DNA from: Alphaproteobacteria bacterium
Lineage (GTDB): Bacteria; Pseudomonadota; Alphaproteobacteria; UBA828
Assembly (NCBI GenBank): GCA_965221125.1
Contig: CBDCRW010000005.1
Span: forward strand, 320,001 to 384,000
DNA length: 64,000 nucleotides
Direction: 5' to 3'
In this document: positions 21,013 through 31,080 of the stretch, in pieces
Numbering within the stretch: the first letter of the stretch is position 1
How the letters are laid out: the number at the start of each line of letters is the position of its first letter
Position numbers and translations under genes: made by a program
Notes under the pieces: model-generated
Databases searched by the model: none
The model's input: only the letters and a program-made list of their open reading frames with translations
Told to the model about the DNA's origin: nothing

Positions 21013-21546
21013 GGCGTTTCATGCTTCCCGAGGATATCCCTGAGAACCAGTTGTCTTTCGAAGCGCCCCACGCATCCTGACGGGCCGATTGCCAAGTTAG
21101 CCCCCAAGGATAGGTTGGAGTTTCTTGGGGGGCAGCCTGAAGCCGGCGCGACCCAAATGGCCTCAATTTTCATCATAGACCACATCGCCGGCTACTCGCC
21201 CTAGGTGCGCGGCGGCGTGCCGGCGCTGATCGAGCATTTTCGGAGCTCGAGATGCGCGTCTTGGGTGTCGCACGGGCCAGGCGGAGCGGGAGCGCGTGTC
21301 GCCTTAGATGGCTCTCGGCCAAGCTCGGTAGCGAGGGACGCAGGCCGTGACACTATCGAGAGTTCCGGGCTAGGCTCCTGCAGTCGGAAAGACGCCGCGG
21401 GCCGGGGCTCCTGCGGCAGGAATGGGCCGGCGAATTACCGAGGCGATCTGGCGGGCGCAGCAAACGGCGGCGCTTCGCCGCCAGGGTGGGGAGGCCGCTC
21501 CGTCTCGCCACGGTCGTCGAGGCCGTGAGGCGCACAGGAGGCTCCA

Positions 21547-22986
21547 ATGGCAATCGCGGGCGAGTTCGGAAACCACGATGCGCTCGGTTTGGCCCGGCTC
21601 GTTCGCGATGGCGAGGTGTCCGCCGCCGAGGTGATGGATGCGGCGATCGAGCGGATCGAGGCCGTCAATCCCAAGCTCAATTTCATCGCGGTGAAGTGCT
21701 ACGAGCTGGGACGATCGCTCGCCGCGGGCGGGATTCCGGTCGGTCCGTTCATGGGTGTGCCCTTCCTCCTCAAGGACAGCTTCATGGACTACGAGGGCAC
21801 GGTCTCGACCCAGTGCTGCAGGATGTTCAGGGACTACGTGTCGACCTTCGACATGGGGGCCGTGACGAGCGCGAAGGCGGCGGGCTTCCTGCTGGTGGCG
21901 AAGACCACGGCGCCCGAGTGTGGCTGGGGCTCGCAGACGGAATCTCCGCTCTTCGGCGACACGCGCAATCCGTGGCACCCGGACCACACGCCGGGCGGCT
22001 CCAGCGGCGGCGCGGCGAGCGCGGTGGCCGCCCGCGTCCTGCCGATCGCAAGCGCGGCCGATGGCGCGGGGTCCATCCGCTTTCCCGCCGGCGATTGCGC
22101 GCTGGTGGGCCTCAAGGTCTCGCGCGGGCGCACCACCTTCAATCCGGCCTACCCGGACGTGCTCTACGGTGGCGGCGTCGTCGGCTGCGTGTCGCTCAGC
22201 GTGCGCGACACGGCGGCCTACACCGATGCCGTCGCCGACTACTCGCCCGCCAACCAGTACCGCCTCCCCAAGCCGGCGCGGCCGTATGTGGAAGAGACCG
22301 CGAGAGACCCGGCGAGGCTGCGGATCGGCTACGCCACGAAGTCGCCGAGCGGGCTGCCGCTCGACGCCGACTGCGTCGCCGCGGTCGAGGCGGCGGCGGC
22401 GCTTTGCGAGTCACTCGGGCATGACGTCGAGCAAACCGGCTTCGACTACGATTTTGCCGGCATGGCCGAGCTCGAGCGCCGCTTCGTGACCATCCTGCAC
22501 GCCATGGTCTACGACTTCGCGCGCAAGGAATACGGGCGCGAGCCGGCGGAGGACGAGTTCTCGAGCTTCGTCCGGTCCTCGGCGGCCGAAGCCGGGCAGA
22601 TCTCCGGCCTTCAGCATGCTTCGGACATCGCCGCCTACCGCCGGCTGAGCGCGGACATGCTCGCGATCAGCGCGCCCTACGACGTGGTGCTGACGCCGAA
22701 CCGGGTGATCTCCACGCCCAAGGTGGGCCGGCAGAACGTGGCGACGACCCCTTACGAGGAGTACTGGCGCCAGATCATGCTGGAGGACATCCCCTTTACC
22801 GTGGTCGCGAACTGGACCGGCCAGCCCGCCATATCGGTGCCGGTCTACTGGAACGCGATGGACGTGCCGATCGGCATTCAGTTCATGGGGCGCATCGGCG
22901 ACGAAGCGACGCTTCTCCGCCTCGCCGGTCAGATCGAGCGGGAGCGGCCGTGGTTCGATCGACGGCCGCAGATTTGCTGCGACTAG
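21547..22986 (+). CDS. Amidase signature family enzyme
   Basis: GVPFLLKD, TRNPW, PGGSSGGAA, DGAGSIRFPA (Lys-Ser-Ser triad), NWTGQPAISVP; AGGAGG RBS. Confidence 0.93.
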   Translation: MAIAGEFGNHDALGLARLVRDGEVSAAEVMDAAIERIEAVNPKLNFIAVKCYELGRSLAAGGIPVGPFMGVPFLLKDSFMDYEGTVSTQCCRMFRDYVSTFDMGAVTSAKAAGFLLVAKTTAPECGWGSQTESPLFGDTRNPWHPDHTPGGSSGGAASAVAARVLPIASAADGAGSIRFPAGDCALVGLKVSRGRTTFNPAYPDVLYGGGVVGCVSLSVRDTAAYTDAVADYSPANQYRLPKPARPYVEETARDPARLRIGYATKSPSGLPLDADCVAAVEAAAALCESLGHDVEQTGFDYDFAGMAELERRFVTILHAMVYDFARKEYGREPAEDEFSSFVRSSAAEAGQISGLQHASDIAAYRRLSADMLAISAPYDVVLTPNRVISTPKVGRQNVATTPYEEYWRQIMLEDIPFTVVANWTGQPAISVPVYWNAMDVPIGIQFMGRIGDEATLLRLAGQIERERPWFDRRPQICCD

Positions 22987-22996
22987 CTCCCGAATC

Positions 22997-23025
22997 TTGA
23001 CACGATTCCGGGTGCGGCATACCGT
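22997..23025 (+). promoter_or_regulatory. Sigma70-type promoter
   Basis: TTGACA-N17-TACCGT, 40 bp upstream of the ATG, with GGAGGA RBS. Confidence 0.55.
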
Positions 23026-23065
23026 CGTTGGACAAGAAAAAACCGAATGTAGGGAGGATTAGAGA

Positions 23066-24022
23066 ATGAAACGGCTCACGATTTCTGTTCTCACGGCGCT
23101 CCTAGTTTTGGCCGGCGCCTCCAAACTTTATGCAGAAGAAGACAAGGGCGCGGTCGCGATGAGCTTCGGCGGCTCGACCATCGCGCTCTGGAACGACATC
23201 ATCGCGCTGATGGAGCCATCCCTTGCAAGCAAGGGATACCAGCTCATCACGCATGATCCGCAGTTCCGCGTCGAGCAGCAGGTGCAGGACTGGAAGTCCT
23301 GGATCGCGCAGCGCAAAGTCAAGGCGATCATGGGCTGGCCGATCAACGCGGACGCCATGATCCCGGTGACGCGGCAGGCCCAGGATGCCGGCATCCCGGT
23401 GATCGGCTACGCCGTGCACTGGCGTGGCATCTCGGCGGCGATGCTGACCAATCCCGAAAAGGACGGCAGGTCGATCGCCGAGTATGCGGTCAACTGGGTC
23501 ACGGAGAACATCGGCGCGGACGCGGCCGTCGAGATCTGCGTGCTCAGCGACGAGCAGAACGACCTGACCGCGTTGCGCGTCAAGGGCATCTACGAAGGCG
23601 TCAAGGAAGGCCTGCCCAACGCCCAAGTCTACAAGGTGCCGGCGCTCTCGCGCGAGAACGGCTACACAGCGGCCAAGCAGCAGCTCACGGCGCATCCGGA
23701 TACGACCATCTGGCTCTCCTTCTCGAACGACAACATGAAGGGGGTCTACAAGGCGCTGACGGATGCGGGCGTGGCGCCGGACGATCCGCGCTACTTCCTC
23801 GCCGGCATGGACGTGACCAACGAAGATCTCGACCTGATCCAGCTTCCGAACAGCATCTACCGGATGGCCTTCGCCTTCCGCAGCGAGACGCTCGCCGAGG
23901 TGAACGAGAACTTCCTGGTCGCGGCGGCGGAAGGTCAGCCCCTTGAGGACGTTTACGTCCTGCCGGAGCTGGTCAATCCCGAGACGGCGAAGAACTTCTA
24001 CGTCGGCAACGTGAGGCACTGA
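23066..24022 (+). CDS. CUT2 (ribose-type) ABC transporter substrate-binding protein
   Basis: Signal peptide, periplasmic-binding-protein type 1 pattern, followed by an RbsA/RbsC-like pair. Confidence 0.85.
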   Translation: MKRLTISVLTALLVLAGASKLYAEEDKGAVAMSFGGSTIALWNDIIALMEPSLASKGYQLITHDPQFRVEQQVQDWKSWIAQRKVKAIMGWPINADAMIPVTRQAQDAGIPVIGYAVHWRGISAAMLTNPEKDGRSIAEYAVNWVTENIGADAAVEICVLSDEQNDLTALRVKGIYEGVKEGLPNAQVYKVPALSRENGYTAAKQQLTAHPDTTIWLSFSNDNMKGVYKALTDAGVAPDDPRYFLAGMDVTNEDLDLIQLPNSIYRMAFAFRSETLAEVNENFLVAAAEGQPLEDVYVLPELVNPETAKNFYVGNVRH

Positions 24023-24064
24023 CTGCGCCCCGCTTCGCCGGGCGGACGCAGTCGCCGCCGTCCC

Positions 24065-25573
24065 ATGGAGCAAACGGCCGGCGCTCCCGCTGCCGCCGCG
24101 AGTGACGCGGAAGCGGGGGCGCCGTTGCTCCGCATGGAAAGCGTCCATGTCGCGTTCGGCGGCAATGTGGCGCTCGCCGATGTGGCCTTCGACATTCGTC
24201 CGGGCGAGATCGTCGGGCTGCTGGGGCACAACGGGGCCGGCAAGTCGACACTCGTGAACGTCGCCACCGGCGCGCTCCGTCCCCAGCGCGGCACGATGGA
24301 GGTGGAGGGGCGGCCGGTGCCCCTGCGCGGCAACCCGCGCGACATGGAGCGGGCGGGCATCAAGGTGATCCACCAGGAGCCCGCGCTCTCCGAAAACCTT
24401 TCGGTCGCGGACAACATCACCCTCGGCCGGGCGGACGAGCGGCTCTCGCCCCGAAAGCGCCGGCAAATCGCGCGCGACGCGCTGGCGCTTCTGGGCTCGA
24501 CGCTGCACGTCGATCTGCCGGTGTCCGCGCTTGCTTTTGGCGAGAAGCAGGTCGTCGACCTGGCGCGCGCGCTGTCGACGCACCTGCATGTGCTGCTGCT
24601 CGACGAGCCCACCGGCGCGCTCGGCCAGCACGAGGCCGACCGCCTGCACGATCTCCTGCGCCGGCTCGCCTCGGAGGGCCACGGCATCGTCTATGTCTCG
24701 CACCGCCTGCGCGACATCCTGGAGGTCTGCACGCGCCTCGTCGTCCTGCGCGGCGGCCACGTCGTGCTCGACCGGCCGGCTGCGGGCTTCGGCATCGCCG
24801 AACTTTCGGCCGCGCTCGTGCCGGAGATGCAGGAGATCGAGCACGTCCATGTCGACAGCACGCCCGAAGAGACCATGCTCGGCGTCGACTGGGCCGGCGG
24901 GCAGCATTTCCAATTCCAGCGGGGCGAGATCGTCGGCCTGTTCGGCATGGCGGCGGGGCCACAGTTCACGTTCCTCGAGGCGCTCTACGGCCTCGGCGAG
25001 CGCGTCGACGCCGAGCTCGACGGCCGGCGCTTCGCGCCGCATTCACCGCGCGAGGCCATCCGGCGCGGTGTGTACTACGTCAGCGCCAACCGCGAGCGCG
25101 ACGGCCTGCTCGCGCACATGTCCTCGCTCGACAACTTCGTCCTGCCGTGGATGCGCCATCACACCAGGTTTCTCGCCTTCTCCCATGCGAAGGCGGCGAA
25201 GGTCTACGCGCGCGCCGAAGAGGCGCTCAACGTCGAGACCGGACATATCGACGACCCCATCGTCGCGCTGAGCGGCGGCAATCGCCAAAAGCTCGTCGTC
25301 GGCCGCTGGCTCTTCGGCCGCCAGCCCAAGGTCCTGCTGCTCTCCCAGCCAACGCAGGGAGTCGACGTCGGGGCGCGGGCCGACATCGCGCGGGCATTGC
25401 GGCGCCTGACGGGTGAGGGCGTGACGGTGCTGGTCGCGTCCTCCGAATCCGACGAGATCGAACTCCTCTGCGACCGCGCCTTCGTCTGCGAGGGCACGCC
25501 CTGGCAGGCATCCGAGCGGGCGGCGGACTGGAGCGAGCGCCTGCTCGAAGCCCTCATCCGGCGGGCGGCATGA
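24065..25573 (+). CDS. CUT2 ABC transporter dual-domain ATPase
   Basis: GHNGAGKS, LLLDEPT, YVSHRL; second domain LSGGNRQK. Confidence 0.92.
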   Translation: MEQTAGAPAAAASDAEAGAPLLRMESVHVAFGGNVALADVAFDIRPGEIVGLLGHNGAGKSTLVNVATGALRPQRGTMEVEGRPVPLRGNPRDMERAGIKVIHQEPALSENLSVADNITLGRADERLSPRKRRQIARDALALLGSTLHVDLPVSALAFGEKQVVDLARALSTHLHVLLLDEPTGALGQHEADRLHDLLRRLASEGHGIVYVSHRLRDILEVCTRLVVLRGGHVVLDRPAAGFGIAELSAALVPEMQEIEHVHVDSTPEETMLGVDWAGGQHFQFQRGEIVGLFGMAAGPQFTFLEALYGLGERVDAELDGRRFAPHSPREAIRRGVYYVSANRERDGLLAHMSSLDNFVLPWMRHHTRFLAFSHAKAAKVYARAEEALNVETGHIDDPIVALSGGNRQKLVVGRWLFGRQPKVLLLSQPTQGVDVGARADIARALRRLTGEGVTVLVASSESDEIELLCDRAFVCEGTPWQASERAADWSERLLEALIRRAA

Positions 25574-25604
25574 GGGCGCGGGACATCACTCCGGGTGCCG
25601 TGAC

Positions 25605-26630
25605 ATGACGACCATGGATCTCGCCAGAAGAGTCCAGTTCGCGCTCGCCCGGAACGGGACCCTGGTCGGTCTCGTCATCCTGATCATCTTCTTCAACTTC
25701 GCGAACGAGCATTTCCTGACCCTGGCCAACGCGCGCAACGTGGGCGAAGCCGTCTCCGCGCTCGGCGTCGTGTCGATCCCGCTTGCGCTGCTGGTCATCT
25801 GCGGCGCGGTCGACCTTTCGGTCGGCTCGATCGCGAGCTTCGCTGGCATCATCGGCGCGCTCATCATGCGCGATACCGGCTCCACCGTGGGCGGCATCGC
25901 GGCGGGGCTGGGGGTCGGGCTCGCCGCCGGCACGATCAACGGCATCCTCGTGAGCTACCTGCGGCTCAACTCCATCGTCGTGACGCTGGGCGCGCTCTCG
26001 GTCTGGGGCGGGCTCGCGCTCTACGTCACCGGCGGGCGTACCGTGGCCGGGCTGCCCGACGCCTTCATCGACCTCGGCCTGATCCGGGTCGGCGGCATCC
26101 CGCTCGAAATCTTCATCCTGGCCGCGGCGATCATCTACGGGGTCCTCGTGCTGGAAAGGCTACCCTACGGCCGGCGGCTCAAGGCCGTAGGCGGCAACCA
26201 GCGGGTGGCCTTCCTCATGGGCGTGCCGGTCCAGCGGGTGCAGTTCCTGATGTTCGTCCAGGTCGGTATCGCCTCGGGCCTCGCCGGCCTGATGCTCGCC
26301 TCAAAGCTTGCCGCCGCGACGCCGATCACGGGTCAGGGCCTGGAGATCAACGCGCTCACCGTGGTGCTGCTCGGCGGCGTGGCCTTCGCCGGCGGGATCG
26401 GCCGCATCTCCGGCGTGGTCGCCGGCCTGTTCTTCGTGGGCGTGCTGCGCAACGGGCTGGTCGTCACCGATACGTCCCAGTTTCTGCAGCAGGTGCTCAT
26501 CGGGGTGACGCTCATCGCCGCCGTCGCCATTGACGACACCTTCCGGCAGACGATGTTCGGATCACCTGGAGCCGCCAGGAAGGCGCGCAGAGGCAAACGC
26601 AAGACGAAAGGTAAGGACCCCCCTCCCTAG
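25605..26630 (+). CDS. CUT2 ABC transporter permease
   Basis: DLSVGS, GRRLKAVGGN, VLLGGVAFAGG motifs. Confidence 0.9.
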   Translation: MTTMDLARRVQFALARNGTLVGLVILIIFFNFANEHFLTLANARNVGEAVSALGVVSIPLALLVICGAVDLSVGSIASFAGIIGALIMRDTGSTVGGIAAGLGVGLAAGTINGILVSYLRLNSIVVTLGALSVWGGLALYVTGGRTVAGLPDAFIDLGLIRVGGIPLEIFILAAAIIYGVLVLERLPYGRRLKAVGGNQRVAFLMGVPVQRVQFLMFVQVGIASGLAGLMLASKLAAATPITGQGLEINALTVVLLGGVAFAGGIGRISGVVAGLFFVGVLRNGLVVTDTSQFLQQVLIGVTLIAAVAIDDTFRQTMFGSPGAARKARRGKRKTKGKDPPP

Positions 26631-27006
26631 GTGCATGACTAGCTGTGGAGCGTCAATAGGTTGTCCTGGGCCAGGCGGGGTCTGCTCGCACATCCTCCAT
26701 GAGGAACGCTGACACATCGATCACAATCGATTGATACCGGATCTGGATCCGCTGGAGCCTTACTGAATTGCCACTGTAGCTGACAATTTCGGTGTGCGGG
26801 GGTCGGGTTTTCGCGGACCGCTGCGCGGCGAGACACCGAAATTTATTTTTCTTCTTGAATTCCGCCGTCCTTTCGGCGGTTCACACGAATGATGTTGGGC
26901 GGCCGAATAGGTGTCAAGCACGCGTCCCGCCCGATCCGCCTCGACGGGGTTCCGGCGCTTTGCGATACTCGCGCATCGCAAGCGAAGCCGCCGGGGAGGA
27001 CTGGTC

Positions 27007-28212
27007 ATGGAGGTCGCGGAACGCATGGGCGGCCTGCCGCGGATCGGCCTCGACATCATGGGGGATCTCGCCGACGAGCAGGACAGCACGGGAACCGGCG
27101 CCGAGCCTTCCTTCCGGCTCGAGAACGCCGACAGCGACATCCCACCGCCAGAGATCGCCGTCCGGGCGACGCGCGAGACGGTGGGGCAGGACGCCTACAA
27201 CAGCTGGCTGCCGCTGGTCGGCCTGCGTGAGCTGAGACAGGCGGTCGCGGACAGCATCCGCCGCGACGACGGCCTCGACTACGACTGGTCGAGCGAAGTC
27301 ATCATCACCAACGGGGTACAGGAGGGACTGCTCTCCACCTTGCTCGCGCTGCTGGACCCGGGCGACGGGGTGATCACGCCGGAGCCCGCCTACTCCGGCA
27401 TCATCAACCGCATCCGCCTCGCCCACGGCGTGCCGCTCTTCGTGCCGCTGCGCGAGGAGCGGGGTTGGCGCCTCGACCTCGACGAGCTGGAACGGCAGGG
27501 GGCCGAGGCGAGCGCCAAGGCGATCGTCTTCAATGCCACCAACATGCCGACCGGCGTGCTCTACACGCGGGACGAGCTCGACGCCATCGCCGACCTTGCA
27601 AGGCGGCGCGACCTCTGGGTCGTCTATTCCGCGCCGACGTCGCGGCTCACCTTCGATGTCGAGCGCGCGCCCAACATCGCCACCTGGCCCGGCATGCGGG
27701 AGCGGACCATCATCCTCGACGGGGTCTCCAAGGACTTCAACATGACCGCCTGGCGGATCGGCTGGGCGGTGGCCGACAAGGCGGTGATCGAGCACGTCGG
27801 CAAGGCGCACATGTACAACGGCACACTCACCAGCGCCTTCGCCCAGGCCGGCGTCATCGCCCTGCTGAACGATCATGAGAACGCGCGGGCGTACTTGCGC
27901 AACTGCGCTCGCATCCTCGCCGAGCGCGGGCGCGTCGCCGCAGACGGCCTCAACGCGGTTCCGGGACTCAGCTGCGTGCCGCCGGAGGGCGGCTGGTGGT
28001 TCCTGCTGGACCACCGGGCGTTGGAAGCGGACGACGCGGCGTTCGCGCACGCCCTGCTGGAGCAGGCCAACGTCGCGGTGACGCCCATGGGCACGTGGGG
28101 CCCGTCGACGGCGATGGGCCATGTGCGCATCATTTTCGCCAACGAGCCCACAGACCGCCTGCGCGAGGCGGTCTCGCGCATCGGCCAAGTGGCGGCGGGA
28201 TTCCAGGCCTGA
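27007..28212 (+). CDS. PLP-dependent class I/II aminotransferase (atypical)
   Basis: GLRELRQAVA, ITNGVQEGL, NMPTG, SKDFNMTAWRIGW (PLP Lys); GGAGGA RBS before ATG 27007. Confidence 0.88.
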   Translation: MEVAERMGGLPRIGLDIMGDLADEQDSTGTGAEPSFRLENADSDIPPPEIAVRATRETVGQDAYNSWLPLVGLRELRQAVADSIRRDDGLDYDWSSEVIITNGVQEGLLSTLLALLDPGDGVITPEPAYSGIINRIRLAHGVPLFVPLREERGWRLDLDELERQGAEASAKAIVFNATNMPTGVLYTRDELDAIADLARRRDLWVVYSAPTSRLTFDVERAPNIATWPGMRERTIILDGVSKDFNMTAWRIGWAVADKAVIEHVGKAHMYNGTLTSAFAQAGVIALLNDHENARAYLRNCARILAERGRVAADGLNAVPGLSCVPPEGGWWFLLDHRALEADDAAFAHALLEQANVAVTPMGTWGPSTAMGHVRIIFANEPTDRLREAVSRIGQVAAGFQA

Positions 28213-28216
28213 GCCC

Positions 28217-29302
28217 ATGTCAGTCTCAGGTCATTTCTCCGCCGACTATGTGGAGGCGCGCGGAAAGTTCCTGGATGCCTGCGCCGAGGCAGGCGCGGTT
28301 CTCACCCATCATCTGAATCCCAACGCCACCGGACCGGACGGCAGCGCGCTCTATACCGACGTCGCGCAGCTCGGGCCGGCGGATGCCGAGCTGCTCCACA
28401 TCGTCGCCTCCGCGACCCACGGCGTGGAGGGATTTCTGGGCTCGGGCTGCCAGATCGGCTTCCTGCGCGAGGCCATCGTGGACGAACGGCCGCAGGAGTG
28501 TTGCCTGCTCCTGGTTCATGCGATGAACCCCTACGGCTTCGCCCACGCGCGGCGGGCGACCGAGAACAATGTCGACCTCAACCGCAACTTCGTCGACCAC
28601 AGCCGGCCCTATCCGCAGAAGCCCGACTACGACGCGGTTCACCCGCTGCTGTTCCCCGCCGACTGGGACGGGCCGGCGCGGGAGGCCGCGGACCGGGGTA
28701 TCGCGGCCTACATTGCCGAACACGGCTTCGCGGCCTACCAGAGCGCCGTCAGCAGCGGTCAATACAAACACCCCGACGGCATCTTCTACGGCGGGAACGC
28801 GCCCGCCTGGTCCAACCTCAATTGGCGCCGGCTGCTGGCCGAGCATGTGCCGGGGTGGCGCCGGGTCGCCTTCCTCGACCTCCACACCGGGCTCGGGCCC
28901 TACGGCTACGGCGAGCCGATCTTTCTGAGCTGGCCCGACATGGCGCAGTACGAGCGGGCGCGTCAGTGGTATGGCGCCGACGTAACGGCGCCCGAAGCGG
29001 GAGACTCCACGTCGTCAGCGGTCCAAGGCGTGGTGGCGGCGGCCTTCGACGATCTCGACAGCGATGCCGAGGTGACGGCGATCGCGCTCGAATACGGCAC
29101 GATCCCGGTTACCGACGTGCTGGAGGCGATGCGAGCCGAGAATTGGCTCTACGTCCACGGCGACCCCGCCTCGCCCATGGGCCGCGCCATCAAGCGCCAG
29201 TTCCGCGATGCCTTCTATTGCGACGCGGACGACTGGAAAGAGCTTGTGTGGGAACGCGCAGTCGAGATCCTGCGCCGAGGTTTCGCCGGGCTCGCGGGCT
29301 GA
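28217..29302 (+). CDS. M14-like metallopeptidase/deacylase (DUF2817-type)
   Basis: SATHGVEG (HxxE), NPYGF, ENNVDLNRNF, DLHTG, LEYGT. Confidence 0.85.
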   Translation: MSVSGHFSADYVEARGKFLDACAEAGAVLTHHLNPNATGPDGSALYTDVAQLGPADAELLHIVASATHGVEGFLGSGCQIGFLREAIVDERPQECCLLLVHAMNPYGFAHARRATENNVDLNRNFVDHSRPYPQKPDYDAVHPLLFPADWDGPAREAADRGIAAYIAEHGFAAYQSAVSSGQYKHPDGIFYGGNAPAWSNLNWRRLLAEHVPGWRRVAFLDLHTGLGPYGYGEPIFLSWPDMAQYERARQWYGADVTAPEAGDSTSSAVQGVVAAAFDDLDSDAEVTAIALEYGTIPVTDVLEAMRAENWLYVHGDPASPMGRAIKRQFRDAFYCDADDWKELVWERAVEILRRGFAGLAG

Positions 29303-29411
29303 GCCGGGGCGCCGAAGACCGTTGGCGGCAGACCATGACGGCATGGTCGCGCCGCGCTACGCTAGGAGACACCAAAGACAAACAAGAGCGCATGCTCACA
29401 GGGAGGAAGAC

Positions 29412-30986
29412 ATGAAAATTCGATTGGACCTTACGCGGCGGGGCTTTGGCCGCCTTATTGGGGCGTGTCTGGTTGCCGGCGTGTTTGCATTCGTCGCGTC
29501 CGCCGTGCCGCAGAGCGCGCAGGCTCAGCGGGTCGGCGGCACGCTCAAGCTGGCCTTCGGCCATGACGCCGGCGACTTCGATCCGGCCAAGGCGGCCTAC
29601 GGCATGTCCCACGCCGTGATCGAGCAGGTGTTCTCGGGGCTGACGGCACTCGATGCGGACGCCAATCCCTACCCCGACGTCGCCGAGTCCATCGACATCT
29701 CGGAGGACGGCCTGGTCTACACCTTCCATCTCAGGAAGGGCGTCAACTTCCACGACGGCACGCCGTTCACGGCCGAGGACGTCAAGTTCACCTTCGATCG
29801 TCTCAAGGACCCGGAGACGGGCTACCCCTACGCCGTTCAGCTCGCCTCCCTCGAGGAGACGACCGTGATCGACGATCACACGGTGCAGATGCGGCTCTCG
29901 GTGCCGACCGGGCCGTTCCTCGTCAATCTCGCCTTCCCAGGCTCCGCGATCGTTTCGAAGTCGATCGTCGAATCGGGGCATGACCTCGGCGCGACACCGA
30001 TCGGCACGGGGCCCTTCAAGTTCGTGAGCTACCAGCCGGGCACGATGACCAAGTTCGTGCGCAACCCGGACTATTACGAGGGCGACAAGCCTTACTTCGA
30101 GGCGATGGAGTACCGGACCATCGCTGACGAGACGGCCATCACCAACGCGCTGCTCTCGGGCGTGGTCGACTTCTCGAACGCGATCGCGGCCAAGGACTGG
30201 GCCACCGTGGAGGCCAATCCCGACCTCACCAAGGTGCCGATCGAGGGCGGCCGCTGGTTCTGGGTCGGCGTCAACAACAACGCCGAGCCGCTCAACAGCA
30301 ACCTGGTGCGCCAGGCCATCGCCCATGCGGTGGACCGCCAGGCCATCGTCGATGCGGTCTTCTACGGCCTCGCCAAGCCCATCCGCGGCGGCGTGGTGCC
30401 CGAGTGGAGCTGGGGCCATGCGGCGGATCTCAAGGTGTTCGACACCGGCGCCAATCCCGACAAGGCGAAGGCGCTGCTCGCCGAGGCCGGCTATCCGGAC
30501 GGCTTCGACATCACCTTCAAGATCGGCACCGAGTGGCCGCCGCTGATGGCGATGGGGCCGTTGATCCAGGCCAACCTGATGGCGGTCGGCATCAATGCCG
30601 AGATCTCGACCATGGGCACGGCGCAGTGGCTGGACGAGGTGTTCACCGCGCGCGACTACCACATCACCGACATGTACTGGCTGAGCCCGCTGGCCGATCC
30701 GGACGACTTCACGACGCTGAACTACCAGTGCGAGAACTCGATGAACTTCCAGGGATCGTGCAGCGAGGAGATGGATGCCCTGCTGGACGAGGCCCGCTCG
30801 GCCACCACGCAGGAGGCGCGCAAGGACGCCTACCGGCGCATGCAGGAGCTGTCGATGGAGCAGATGACTCTGGTTCCGCTTGTCAGCGCGCTCATCCTCC
30901 ATGCACACACCGACAAGCTGAAGGGCTTCAAGCCCATGCGCACGGGCTTCCTGAAGACGCTCAAGGACGCCTGGCTCGAAGAGTAG
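29412..30986 (+). CDS. Peptide/nickel-type ABC transporter substrate-binding protein with Tat-like signal
   Basis: LTRRGF Tat-like motif; YTFHLRKGVNFHDGTPFTAEDVKFT, GTGPFK, VRQAIAHAVDR. Confidence 0.93.
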   Translation: MKIRLDLTRRGFGRLIGACLVAGVFAFVASAVPQSAQAQRVGGTLKLAFGHDAGDFDPAKAAYGMSHAVIEQVFSGLTALDADANPYPDVAESIDISEDGLVYTFHLRKGVNFHDGTPFTAEDVKFTFDRLKDPETGYPYAVQLASLEETTVIDDHTVQMRLSVPTGPFLVNLAFPGSAIVSKSIVESGHDLGATPIGTGPFKFVSYQPGTMTKFVRNPDYYEGDKPYFEAMEYRTIADETAITNALLSGVVDFSNAIAAKDWATVEANPDLTKVPIEGGRWFWVGVNNNAEPLNSNLVRQAIAHAVDRQAIVDAVFYGLAKPIRGGVVPEWSWGHAADLKVFDTGANPDKAKALLAEAGYPDGFDITFKIGTEWPPLMAMGPLIQANLMAVGINAEISTMGTAQWLDEVFTARDYHITDMYWLSPLADPDDFTTLNYQCENSMNFQGSCSEEMDALLDEARSATTQEARKDAYRRMQELSMEQMTLVPLVSALILHAHTDKLKGFKPMRTGFLKTLKDAWLEE

Positions 30987-31007
30987 GTGCACGTTTGGTA
31001 AGAGACG

Positions 31008-31036
31008 CCCCGGAGGGTTCCGCCCTCCGGGGTTTT
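31008..31036 (+). terminator. Rho-independent terminator/attenuating hairpin after the SBP gene
   Basis: CCCCGGAGGG-TTCCG-CCCTCCGGGG-TTTT. Confidence 0.75.
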
Positions 31037-31080
31037 CCCCTCAAGCGGCGGGCGAGCCCCGCTGAAGCGGCGCACACGGC

